Of a DNA stretch of 64,000 bases, positions 12,560 through 24,318 are shown one piece after another (position 1 is the first letter of the stretch; the number at the start of each line of letters is the position of its first letter). The DNA is from Raillietiella orientalis (taxonomy: Eukaryota). The notes under the pieces are model-generated. The model searched no databases. It saw only the letters and a program-made list of their open reading frames with translations, and was not told the DNA's origin. The stretch is from NCBI GenBank assembly GCA_036172245.1, contig JAYWIR010000025.1, positions 1,860,001 through 1,924,000 of the forward strand, given 5' to 3'. The position numbers and the translations under genes are program-made.

Positions 12560-13920
12560 GATGATGATTCATCTGGTACGGGGAGGAATCCAGAGACATC
12601 GAATCGTCAACGTTCGGCACCGTCCACGTGATGTGGAGCAAAATTATAGACCCTATCCTTCCGAGGGTTCCGTGAGCTGGCCGGGAGTGGCTGAGTGCCA
12701 GAGATGGCCGCCATCCTGCACGAACCACTCATTTACGACAAAATCGTCGATGTGTGGCGTCTCGGAAAGCTTAGATTTCGTGGTTACTGAAAGCCTTGCA
12801 GCAACCACGCAACCCGACACAGTCGAAAACCTTTCTCAGGAGCTCCTTCTCATGCTCTTGGAACGGTCCGGCTTCCCGTCCAGCCTTCTCGACCACCTGT
12901 GCTCGCTGTAGAGCGAAAAGAAAATCTGTCCTTTTCAACGGCCTTATCGCTAAAGGCGTCAAGCAGAGAGACGGCTTGAACCCGATGCTCTCCAGTCTGT
13001 TCTCTGAGCTGATGTTGAACGCATACCGACACACCCTGGTCGATTGGCTTGGCTTGGCTATCCGGGTGAAAAGATCAGTCCAGAGTCTTCGGTTGATCAC
13101 AAGGGAAGGGGTGTGTGCATGACTGAATAAGCATCTCTCCCTGCAGAGCACGCCGCAGGGACGCCGTCCCTCACGGAAAATCAGAGGTCCTCTCTGACTT
13201 GCTGGTCGGTCGCCAGGAAGACGTGAACATGGGGACAGGAGAATGACAATTACGAAACGAATAAATTTTCGAGGGAGGGAAGAGAGACTTCTTATGGACG
13301 GTGGGTTAGGAGAGTTCGCTAACATCCACATACCTTGTCTTCCCCTAACCTGGAGTGCGATGCGCGAGCGCGGGATCCTTTTTGACGCCATGGGAAGGGG
13401 AGAGAGATATTGCTGTTCTCTCAACTATCGCGAGGGCGAGGAAGATGGCATTCTTCCAGTGCCTGCTCTACAGCTCACTGCAACAGGACGATCGTCGGAT
13501 GCAGCGCAGGATCGCAGAGGTCCAGCAGTTCCTCCTCCGAGGAAACAGCAGTGCGACAGCAGAGGCAGATCTTCCGGTTGCCGAAAGGTATCAGCCAGAT
13601 GTCTCTGCGCAGCGCGGAGGTAGCAAGCTGGTAGCTATCCATTCGCCAAGAACCTAATTTCCGGGACAGGTTCCCCACATCCAGAACGGAAAAGATAACG
13701 CGGGTGGCGGCGGGTGCAGTCCTTGGACACTGAACGCTGCGGCGTTCGCCAACTGCCTATCAAGCCATCTTCCTGGGGAGACGTTGACTTCTGCTCCATG
13801 GTGCTGAGAGTCAGGAGTGGAAGATCGACGACCACTTCCGGTAACCAGAGGAGCTTTCAACCAGGGGATTTAGGAAAGAACGTGGAAGGGATGAAGGAAC
13901 AAGACGGAAGCAGGTAGATC
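12560..13920 (+). mobile_element. Decayed RTE-clade non-LTR retrotransposon (reverse transcriptase and C-terminal region)
   Basis: Ordered RT motifs across frameshifts: 'QNYRP', 'DTVENLSQELLLMLLERSGFPSSLLDHLCSL', 'SVLFNGLIAKGVKQRDGLNPMLSSLFSELMLNAY' (GVKQG...P.LFSLF), 'CLLYSS...RRIAEVQQFLLRG', 'QLPIKPSSWGDV'. Confidence 0.7.
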
Positions 13921-14699
13921 TGCAAGTATGGCGAGTGCCTTGCAAGCCGGGCAAGGGATCTTGGAGTGGCGTCCCAAGAGCTTTGGGAACGCTCAACGCT
14001 CCCACTCGCTTGCTGGAGTTGACTGGTGGTGAAGGGGCAGGAAGAACCTCCTGTTGGATTCAGATTAGTGGAAGGATTCTTTTACAGGGGACGCTCGGTG
14101 TGTGACCAATCCGAAACGTCCCGATCATTAGACGAGCTTGAAACCGAGGCAGAAGGTTTCGCGGCTGACCAGTGGTGGACCGATGTAGAAGGTGGACCTT
14201 AAGCATGTGCAAAACGGCGAGGGGAATATCAAGGGAATTTTGCAGGAAGAGAAGCTGGAACGAGCACTCTGGACTGGGACGCTGTGGAGGAGCGGAGAGC
14301 GCGGCTCGAGGCCTGAACACTGGTCGAGGATGCAGAGCGCTACGTAATCTCTTGAAGCTATCGGCCAGTGCCTGCGAAACTTCCGATAGAGTGAGGTGCT
14401 GATAAGGGACGCTGGAAAAAAGGGCTAAGCACACGATGCGACCAAACACTCCAGGCTCGCAACAGCAGCAGCCACGCCACCCTTTTCCTGCCCCTCGCGG
14501 CTTCACTCCACAGCGGGCTATGGTGACCGGCCACTGCCAGTGTCACTTCACAACGGCTCCCTCCGACCTTGGGATGGTGCTGGGGGAACGGGAGGCAGGA
14601 AGTGCGTGGAACGTTCGAAGCTTCCGGTAAGCAGGAAAGGAGGGCTGCCTTCGGTACGAGGTACTACGGAATTTCGACACGTGTGAGAAATCAGCAGGT

Positions 14700-15180
14700 T
14701 GGAGGCCACGGTGGGCGTGACATTGCTACAGGAGGCTGCTGCAAGTAGGGCACTGCGACGTTTCCATCATATGAAGGTTGCCAGCACGGACTACGGGCAA
14801 GATGCGGCCCTACAAGTGGTGAAGAAAAAGGGGAAGGCTGAGAAAAGATCGGCCTGGAATCGCATTCGATTTTCCTGTTTTTGCTGGAGACCGATCCTTC
14901 CTGGGGGACCCTTACGGCTTGGTGACTGTTTTTTCCGTTCGCATGCAGCACGTCCGGAGGGTTCCCGAAGTGACCCTGGGCTAATCGGAAGGATGGTTCC
15001 GGAGGAGCTCACTCACCTCGAGGTATGCGTTGTGGCATCCCTGTGAGCGAGAGAGCTAGGACGAGGCGGAGTGCAAAGGAAGCGTGAAACCACGACTTCA
15101 CTACTGATCAGATGGACGCCTTTCTCGTTGAAGAAGAAAAAGAGTGGGCAGACTGCGGCGAAAAATCATGGTTCAAGAAG
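14700..15180 (+). mobile_element. Decayed gypsy-like integrase core
   Basis: One frame across a stop: 'CFFRSHAARPEGSRSDPGLIGRMVPEELTHL...*...GGVQRKRETTTSLL' resembles FFSRFG.PE.L.SDQG..F.S.V..EL..L ... DG.VER.NRTL. Confidence 0.55.
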
Positions 15181-15849
15181 TATCGATGGGTCGTCTCGGA
15201 CGGAAATCGAATGCGTGACACTCCGCACTAGGGGAAGGGTGGCAGGGTCGGGGAGAGAGACTGTCACCTCTGCTGAGATGGCAAGCAGGCTAGGAAACGA
15301 AAAGTGATGGGAAGGATGTCCGCCCCAAATAAAATTTTCTCTCGGGAAACTGAAGACACGAGGAAGAAAGAAGCGGATCCCGGAGCTTCGGATGGCTTTG
15401 GAATCTGCTCCGGGTGCCCACGAGGCTACTTCCTGAGAAAGCGGGCGCTCCTATTCTGGAAGGCCAGGCTCTGGAAAAACTCGGAACCAAGTTGCCTCCT
15501 TTCCCATCGGGAGCAGGGGCGAAATTTTTGCTCAGCAACTTTCTTGCAGGAAGGCAGCAGAAGAAAGCGGGGTGCAACTTTCCTACTCCGGCTGACCCCG
15601 CGCCCATCTAGTTCTTCGTCAGTGGATCAATTCGTGATGACCTCAAGCCTTGAGGAGAAGAAGAAGAGAAAGAAAAGTCAGTAGCCACAGAGAAAAAAGC
15701 CTTCATCTTTCCCATGGGGAAAAGGAACGCATTCTTCTGACTGTGCACTCTTCCTGGTTGTTTCCTGCAGCTTTCCGATCTTGGCTCCGGTGGACTCGTT
15801 CGTGAGAGCCTCTTCTCCTCGAGGAAGGGGGAAGGGACTCTGCTGGCAG

Positions 15850-17330
15850 CCGGGAGGCACGCAACTGCCTCGGTCTTGCTCCGGAAACCCTCGTTTCGAA
15901 AAGAAAGAAAAGCTGGCGAGAGGGAGCTAGGAGGAAAGGAGTGGCATGCCGTTTTTATTTCCCGAGCAGATTGCTTGGATTTAACTGGCGAGGTCTGCCG
16001 CGAGGAAAGGCAGTTCCTCGGCTGCGTCTCGGAGTCTGCGTCGGCTCCGCTCCGCTCGACATTGCCTCGGCGCTCGGCGTCGCCATTACCACCGTCGGGA
16101 GGGGAAAGCGAGCTGGGGAATCGGGGGCGGGAAACGGGAGGGAACGGCGGAACGGGAGACTGACACGCGGCCCCCGCGCGCTCGTTATTCCGCTCCACGG
16201 TTCGACCTGAGGAGCCGCTTCCGATGACAAATCGCGCGCCGAAGAGCCGAAAATTAGCTCTGAGGAGCCCCAAATTGGACCGGCCCGAAACCTGATTTGG
16301 GCCGGAGCTACCCAAGCCGGTCTCGTTTTCGAGGAGAAATTCTTCTCCAGCCTCGAAGCAAACGTCATTTCCGCGAAAAAAAAAAAAAAAAATGAAGAAA
16401 AGGAAGAAGAAGAAAGGGAAAAAGAAAAATGCGCGCTCCACTCATACATGGATACGCAAAGGGGAGGCCATGGATTCGCTCTGTTTTCCCAATAGCTCCC
16501 TCAACCCAGCTCCCTCATCCCGAATTCTCCGAGGATTCTTGCCAGCGATTAGGTGACTTCCTGGCTTCCCTGTTCCCTGCTGCTCTTCCTATAGCGCTCC
16601 ATTCCCGTCCCGGAGTGCTTCCTGAAGACATCTGAATTCAAAAGAAAAAAAAGGCTCAACTGGACCGTGCGCCTTTTTTATTTGTGGGGGGAGAAGGGGA
16701 AGGAGGAGGGTGGTCCATGGGTTGATCCGCCGTCGCCCAAGCAAGCTCTCCTTTCTAACTGGCAAAGCTCGCAGCAGCCCTGCAGGTTTCCTCTTCTGCT
16801 CTCTCTTCCACGTTCTTCGGCGGAACCCCTGCAGCTCGGATTCTGATGGACTGCAGATTCTCTCTCTCGCTGCTCCGACACGCATCTGCGCCCTCCCACC
16901 GACCCATCCCTTTCGCGTTTCTCTTTCGGACGGAGCTCGCCAGATGAAACTCCGCCGTTGCCCGCCCCGGTGGTCGTCCGTGATCAAAGTGGCTCCTCGT
17001 CCCGGTCTTGACCGGACAAGCAGTTCCGAGACCTCCCCCCCCTCCCCGCAGCTCCCGTGGGTTCGGCCTCTTGCCTTGGGAAATTCGTCTCGCCCTCCCT
17101 CTGCTCCTCGCCTCCATTTGCCTCGCTCGGTCCCTCTCGTCTTGATCCGCCCCTCCCTGCCTCCCTCCCGCCGCGCACTCTCGAATTTTGGTACCGACTG
17201 CGGGCACGCACTCACGCACGCACGCATGCACGCATGCACGCACGTTGCTTGCTCCACTGCTCGCGCACGCGCGGATCGTCCGCATTCCCGTCGCCTCCCC
17301 CCCTTTCACGATTCATCCCCGTTTCCCGAA
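15850..17330. promoter_or_regulatory. CpG/GC-rich island with purine and pyrimidine tracts and (GCAC)n; candidate promoter or 5' region of the receptor gene
   Basis: Dense CpG, low-complexity tracts, no TE protein motifs seen, about 4.4 kb upstream of the first recognisable receptor exon. Function is inferred only. Confidence 0.3.
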
Positions 17331-19740
17331 CTCTCATGAGCCATAAATATTGGATGCAATTCGATGGGAACACGGATAACCCACACTTGGACGTGACGTT
17401 CATCTCCGAAATCATCGTCACTTTGGTCGACACGAGGCGCTAATGGCGTCTGTAACCATCGGACGGAAGTGCGGAACTCGAGGTGCGCCCACGCTATGGC
17501 GATGAGGAGGCAGGGGAGGAGCTCATGGGAAGCAGAAGCACGCAAGCGGGAAGAGGAGTGGAGAAACCCTGGAAACGAAACAGGAAGAACTTCCTTCCCC
17601 TTCGCTGCTCTTTTCCCGACTGACCTCCGGACAACCGCGCAAAGGTCGGGGCCGGGCCGAGGGGCACTCTGGAGCCCCTCCGACGCTGCAGGGTTCCCAT
17701 TGGCGCGATCTGAGACGCGCGCGCGAACGGAAAGCAAAACTCCTCGGGAACTTCGGTCCCTCCCTAGCTGGGGACGCGCCTCGGCTTTCCGGTGGCAGTC
17801 GCATTCCCACCTAAGCGTCGCGGAGGGAAGAGGATGAAGGCATCCGGGATCGAATTTATTTCGAGGAGACTCTCCCGTCGGGCGCGTAGTCGACAATGAG
17901 CAGGAAGCGCAATGCGATCCTGTGGAAGCTGGAAGCTGCGTTCTGGAAACGGGACCGAAAGCCGAGCAGTCCAACAGATCAGGTCTTCTCCCGGGACCCG
18001 AACCCGCTCCCGGGAGCGGCGCCGGAACTCGCGGCGCGCACGCTGCAGTGGATCAAGCGCGAAGAAAAAGCAGCAGATCGGAGGAACCTCGCACTTCCGG
18101 AGGCGAATCCGAGATGGGGAATGGAGAAGAATCTCTCCTCGACGCATGCAGCACGCATGTGGACCTGGATACATGCGTCTGAAGAGATGATGCACTGCGC
18201 ACACGAACACGCAAAGCGAAGAGCCAGACGACAGCACCGGCTCATGTGCACCATCAGCAGTAGAACCATTAGCATCGTCACCACTGGCTCATGAGCACAA
18301 CTGTTAGCACCTGTAAGATGCGTACAAATCTTCATGCCTTCAACTTGCTCCTAGGCTGGGATCGTGCCTGCTTTCTGGGCTGGGATTTTGTCGTAGGAAA
18401 CCGCAGAGAGCTTTGCAGCTCTGAGCTCTCTGCAGCTTCTTCCAACATTAAGACCATCGGTCCTTAGGAGCGATACTGCCTAATGTGCACACTGCAAGAC
18501 AACGGCTGCTGCTCCTTTCAATGCAGTCAGAGGGTGGTAGGTGGATTGTTCCGCTGGAAGATCAAATTCGATTGTGTGGATTAGACGGCGAAAGACAAGA
18601 TGGAGACTTTCCATCTAGAACTGATTTTTGACCACGCACACTGCTGGGGGTTGCAAACAAGCAATAGGGTGACTTCCACCAATTCTGCAGTACGGCCATC
18701 CTCTTCTGAGTTTAGTCCTTGAGGAGCTATGAGAAGCTGGTCCTCCGTTCTTCTGTTGGATCTTGTGACGGAATGGATTCAGCTTGGATGATAAGCCATC
18801 CTGTGCTTCGAGTAAATGTCTGACTGCTCGAGTACGGTTGTACAGAGCATCATCTTCCTGAGATCGCTTGATTTCTTCTTATGGATCACTTAGCGTGCAC
18901 AGTCTGCTGCTCCATTTCCTTAGGCGTTTACGACCATGAGGGGTTCCGTTTCACGCCAGTGACCCAGACTTACATGTCGGGGGAGAGCTAGACGTTCGAA
19001 CACATCAGCTCCCTCCTAGCCTTAATGGGAACCTCCGTTCTCCCAACACTGCGCCTCTCCCTGGGTTCCACGATCCTAGAGGTCCTGCGAGGACGCGCGG
19101 TCCGATTCTGAGACTCCCTTAAACAAGAAGGGAGAAACCAGATGTCCTCTTCCTCTTTCTTTCCGTTGTCCCTTTTCTCCTAATCTGTGGAAGGAGCTCT
19201 CTCGAGAGCAGGATGAGGACTCGTCTTGCAGCACTAAGTGTAATCAAAGCGTGGAGTCGATCTCGGACGTTTGCAGGCCGCCGCCATCTCCCATTAATTT
19301 CTGGATGGCCGTTTTGATCCGTGCCACATTTTGCCTTGTGCGTAACCGAGGTTGGGGTTTGACTACTGGTGGAATGATGAAGGATGTTTGCGAGAGATTC
19401 TTCCCTCTCTGAAGACTTGCTCTTGGATGTCAGCTACAGCCATTCAGCATACCTGATATTTAGAAAATTTATTTCCCCGCAGAATTCCCGTTTCTTTTGA
19501 GGACTACGTGAAAACAAAACCCCACAAACGGTTGTCATGGCTTTCACAGGAAGAGCGTAAATCTCTCTTACGATGTTGCTTGCCGTTTGCTCCATAGACG
19601 ACGGAAATCCCTTTGGATTCTGTTTTTGCTGCTTTCTCTCCAGCTTTTCTTTCTTTTCTTTTTTTTTTCGGGTTTTCTTTTTCTTTTTTCTGGCTCGCTA
19701 AGTACTCAAGAACAATTCTCCTGCTCAGAGGGGGCTCATG

Positions 19741-20623
19741 AAACTCTTCAACATTGCCTACGCCACATAAGGGCGCGTGTTAGCTCTTGAAGTTAGGGGG
19801 TAACTCCAGAGGGACCACCTTATGAATCCAGGAAGGCTCCGGAGGAAGGAATCGGTTCTTCTCACGCTTGAGGGGAAATTCCGAAGGGAACCCTTTCCTT
19901 ATCCTCTCTGGAGGGACCCCCCGGAGGAGGCCACTCCTCATTTCTTCTCCGGAGGGAACCTGCTAGGGGACCTCTCCTAGTTTCCTCCTTTGAAGAGAAC
20001 CCCCGAAGGGACGCTTCCAGATTTCTCTGAAGGGTTGCTCCCCGAAGGGAGCAGCGCGCTTCTTGAACTCTGGAGAGGCAGTCCCTCGAGGGAGGTATCA
20101 ACCATCTCCATGAAACGACTCCATTTTCACAACCGGAGGGGAATCCCGAAGGGAACCGGCGCTCCTAGATTTCAGAAAGAATACCGGAGGATCGACTTAC
20201 AGTCCGGTCCAGTCAACGGGGGCATCTAGCTTTCACTGGTGCCATCTCACCCGAAGGGAGCAGCATGCTTCTTGACACTCTGGAGAGGGCAACCCCACCG
20301 AGAGGGGCATCAACCAGCTCCATGGTACGTGATGATACGGCTCCATTGTCACAACCGGAGGGGAGCCTCGAAAAGAACCGGCTCCTTGATTCCTGGAAGG
20401 ACCCCGGAGGATCGAATTCCAATCCCGGTCAGTCAACGGAGACATCCAGTTTCCACCAGCGCTGCACCCGAGGCCTACAGTTCAACCTGCGTCGTCTTGC
20501 AGGGAGGAAGAACTCGAAGCCCACGACGCGCCCATTACCTTGGCGTCGATCCTCCACGCGGGGATTCGAACCCGCGAAGTTTGGTTCCACGCGTGGTGAC
20601 CGAAGCTGCACGGCCGCCAGCGC
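19741..20623 (-). mobile_element. tRNA-derived SINE-like repeat, copy A (with internal ~210-bp tandem duplication)
   Basis: The minus-strand head has an A-box-like GGCGGCCGTGCAG and a perfect B box GGGTTCGAATCCC (20561-20573). The body is homologous to 24319-25073 and 56392-56655, sharing CTTCCTGGATTCAT and a CTT(C/G)AAGA block. Confidence 0.65.
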
Positions 20624-21717
20624 AGTCATCTGGGCACGAACGCATCTTTGATGGTGTCTTCAACTCTTAACATGTCGGTGTCCTTCGGAACTGTTGAAAG
20701 AAATGGAAGCACCGGGACGGTTTCCCCGTGGCAGCGCCGGGATGACAGTAACTCTCGCAGAGCGCTAGTCTGTCAAGGAGACCGGAGACCAATCAACTCA
20801 ACAATTCGAACAATCTCAGGTTTTCCAAACCTCCCCGTGATCCTGTTAGTCAACCCATGTTGCTAATGTCAGCTCAAGCAATGGCATCCTCCATCGCGTG
20901 CTCGGTATCTAGACTCTGGCTTCCCGGAAGCGGGATCTCCTCAGCCCAAATAAGGCGAGTTTGTCACGAGAGCTCCGGATGGAATCCTTGGGGAGAAGAA
21001 GAGCCAGGAGAAGCTCCCCTTACTAAAGGAGGGCTCGACGCAGAGAGTTTGTAGGCAGCTGACAACTTATTAGAGACACCAGTAGCCGATTTTGCACTGG
21101 AGCAACGGGACGAAAAAAAAAGAGAGAAAAAAAGAGATACTTGCAAGACTGTTGAAGGAAGGACTCTTGCGAGTATCTTTGTGTGCGTGACGCGCCGGTC
21201 CAAAATCACGTGCCGAGATACGAAACCCTCAGAAGACTTCCGTGGTTTCCTGAAGCGAGGCCGAGGGTTTGTTTCTGTCATCGCAACCGAAGAACCTGCT
21301 TGATGCGGTGTCTTGGAACCACGGGACGAGACGCAGATCCAAGAACTTTTGGAAGCTTTCACGTTGGTCTGTTGCGTCACCACCACCCAAGCCAGAAGCC
21401 AAACGCGTGCAGCCACTCCTGCTGGATCGAGTGGTGTCCTTAACATTTCGTGGAGTAAACAGCTCCATCCGCAACGAACTTGACTTTCGAATGTTCATCT
21501 CCAAGAGTCTGTTGTGCTGATACTGGAGCAAAGTGATTGCAAAGCTGCTTGCAGCGAGGGCGCGCCTGCGTCGGTGTCTGCAGTTGTGTGGATACCGCTC
21601 CTGTTCGGAAGCACATGCTGTGCAGGTTGCTTTCAAGTGATAGAATCAAAAGAAAGCGATCATGTGACCCTACGTTCCACTGCCCGCTGTGGTTATGTTG
21701 CCAAACGAGAATTCCAG

Positions 21718-21839
21718 TGGCCCTTTAAATTGCCCTGAGTTTTGCGACGAAATTCTCTGCTGGCCAGTGGCTGCCTTGTCATCATGGGCCGTTCTTCCGT
21801 GCTTCGAGGAGTTGAATGACATTCGCTATGACACAACAA
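21718..21839 (+). CDS. Dh44-R: Class B GPCR, CRF/diuretic hormone 44 receptor-like: extracellular hormone-binding domain exon
   Basis: Translates GPLNCPEFCDEILCWPVAALSSWAVLPCFEELNDIRYDTT, matching the DH44R pattern C...D.ILCWP......AVLPCF.ELNG..YDT. Donor A|GTAAGT at 21840 is phase 1 and joins 53860 to give YDTTRNATRYC. The 5' end is uncertain: TTCCAG acceptor at 21717, or an in-frame ATG at 21695. Confidence 0.9.
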
Positions 21840-21949
21840 GTAAGTTGAATTTTTTCAAGACATAGAAAGGCAACCCTTTCGAAATCCGCTCAGCTGCTTC
21901 GTAACGAAGGGCAACCAGTAAGGAAATTCTTTCATTGCGGGAACACGAG

Positions 21950-23600
21950 ACTGCTTGTTTTCGGCGCACTAAATGTTTCGGCTTGAGTTCATTCTAAGTA
22001 GACCGATGCGAGAAACCGATGATCGCAATGGAATGATCATGATTCCGCTCTGTAGTCATCAGGCTGATGAAAGTCTCGGAAGCATTCCATTCATTCGTAT
22101 AATTCCAGCTGGAACCTCTCCAATTAGAAAGCAAGATCTTGGAACATTTCCTCTGCATACTACTGAATTCTGTCTATCTACAGGGCTAGACCCTCCATTT
22201 TCTTTTGATGTTTTAGGAGCATGCATAGCGTTGTGTTTGCTGAATCTGTCAACTCCATTCATCTCCTCAAACCGAACTCCATCTGCATCTCAGTGGTTTC
22301 TCGCTTACGGTTTCAGTTCGGGGGGCTCTTCGTTCTGGATTCAGAGGGTCCTTTTAGTTCCCAATCTTTCACAGAATCTATGATACAAATCTGCTTGGGA
22401 GTCGATAGGAACAGATTTTCCAAACAAATCATCAGCATACGTAATATGCGTCACTACACGCGAAACAAACCCCCAAAAAATTTGGAGATCCGCCTATTGA
22501 AATATAAAATGCTGTATCAATCAGGGTGGGATTTTGCATTCTTTCATTTTTTTTTTTTTTTTTTTCTAATCTCCAAGGAAGTTTTGTTTGACAGATTTCA
22601 ATGTTTCGCGAGACACGTTGATTGATATGCTTTTCCTTTCCGTCATCAGTACTCGGTATGTTATTGTCAAGTACTTCAGGAAGACAGATTTTCAAGGACT
22701 ACGGAAAAATGGTTACTTTACGATTCAAGCATTTCTGAAAGTTCCCGGCAGAGCAGTTCCCAGTGAGAGAGTGAAGGAAATCACCCAACTCTCCTCATTT
22801 TATTCGATAATCGAAAGTTGCCCAACTTTCGTTTGTCTTTCATGTGGGCCTTCCTGCACGTCTCCGATGGCGTGGTGGAATCGAAATTCCGGAAGTTTCT
22901 GGAGAACGTTCAGGGTACAAATCGGCCAACTTGATGCTTCGAATCGCCCAAACGGAAGCTGACCCAGGGCAACCTCGAAACAGCAACCTCGGAAAGTGAA
23001 AACTCCGTGACCTGCGCCTTTGGGCTTGACTCCGTGCCTCCGCTGTGTAAAACGAGTCAGAAGACGCGTGTGTCTGCAGTTCAGATGGACTTCAGACGAA
23101 TCAAAATCTCGGTTGGTCAAGATGGACAGCTGAATATCTGAAAACCTCTATTGCGATTCCTTCCTCCCGGTACCTGCATCCTTGTGTCCCGGATCCTGCT
23201 ACCTGGAAAAACAGAAAAAAAGAGTCCCTTCAACGAGAAAATGCTTTATAGATTTTTATTCTTACGCGATCGGCTTACGAAAGCAATATTTCGCGGGAGT
23301 GGCTTTGAACTTTGGAACACGCACCGAAGTGATTTAATCAACCTTCCACGCATCTCTTGTATTTATAATCTAGCGATTCCATATCCTGCCGGATCAGCAT
23401 CTGATAGGCAGGCAAACTCCGAAGGCTTCGAAGAAACTATACACGCATGTACATCTAAATGTATTTCCATTTTCGCTTTCCCCTTTCGGAGCGGCGGCTC
23501 TGCTCGTAGACGAATGAGTTTCCGTTTCTCGAATTGCTTGCAAACGCAGTCTGCTAAATTTGAATTCATCCAGTGCAGCTCCTGTGCTCCCCATCCACAC
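21950..23600 (-). mobile_element. Decayed Ty3/gypsy pol fossil (RT-RNase H linker, RNase H, integrase)
   Basis: In order on the minus strand: 'CKQFEKRKLIRLRAEPPLRKGKAKMEIHLDVHAC' (C..AF..LK..L..APVL......L..DAS), 'VHLNCRHTRLL...CCFEVALG', then 'GVDRFSKHNAMHAP' (integrase VDRFSK motif). Confidence 0.55.
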
Positions 23601-24318
23601 AGCCAGAACTGCTAGGGAAAAACGCCCCGGCTCCCTACGTTCGCTGAATAACTCTTTGGTGAAGTAACAAATGAACAGTTGGGAAAGACGAATTTCGATT
23701 TTTGCATCCGGGCTTCTCTCGCAGACTTGGGAACCTTTCCGTGAGTTTTGCTCCAGATAATTTTCAGAAGATCGACATTCCGAGGAGCGTGAGAGCCTGA
23801 ATGTAAAAAATGAACTGGAATGCTGTGATGAATAAATGGTCCATACTTGCCCATGCGACGGCAACTTCGAAATCTGATTTCCCACTCATGGAATTTATCT
23901 TATTTCATTAAATTTTATTTGCTTTCTAAGTAAAGGATTGCTCATGGTCATCGGGCGAAACGAAATTCACAACAACAAGCCCTGTATCATCCCTCAGGCG
24001 CTGACGAACGAGCTACGTGTTAAATGAATCTCTTTGGCACGCAATATGGCCGTGTTCTTTTCTCTTTGGTTTGTTGTGGGGACGCACATTTCGTAGGCGC
24101 AAAGTTTGAAAGAGGTGGATGCAGCAAAGTCCAGATGGACCTGAGGGGGGTGGAAGCAAAATTCAGCTTCCGGATGCTGAAGCAAGCATCCGTTCCGTCT
24201 GAGTTGACAGACGAAGTGGTCAGCGTGAAGGACGACAATTCGTGTGTTTGTCGAGAGGACAGATTCTACGGACACTGCAACTTCATCGTGAGGAAATGAA
24301 ACAAGCAACAAATGTCCC

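Noticed and set aside
16255..16310. Hammerhead ribozyme-like core (CTGAGGA...GAAA) closed by TAGCTC/GAGCTA
   Set aside because: Stem II does not pair next to GAAA, the cleavage triplet would be GCC rather than NUH, and stem I is out of register.
15608..17339. Long overlapping ORFs (up to 277 aa)
   Set aside because: Low-complexity, GC-rich, open on both strands, and no recognisable domain.
19741..20623. Reading the three-copy repeat as a solo LTR
   Set aside because: There are no shared TG...CA boundaries and one end carries Pol III A/B boxes, so a SINE fits better; not fully excluded.
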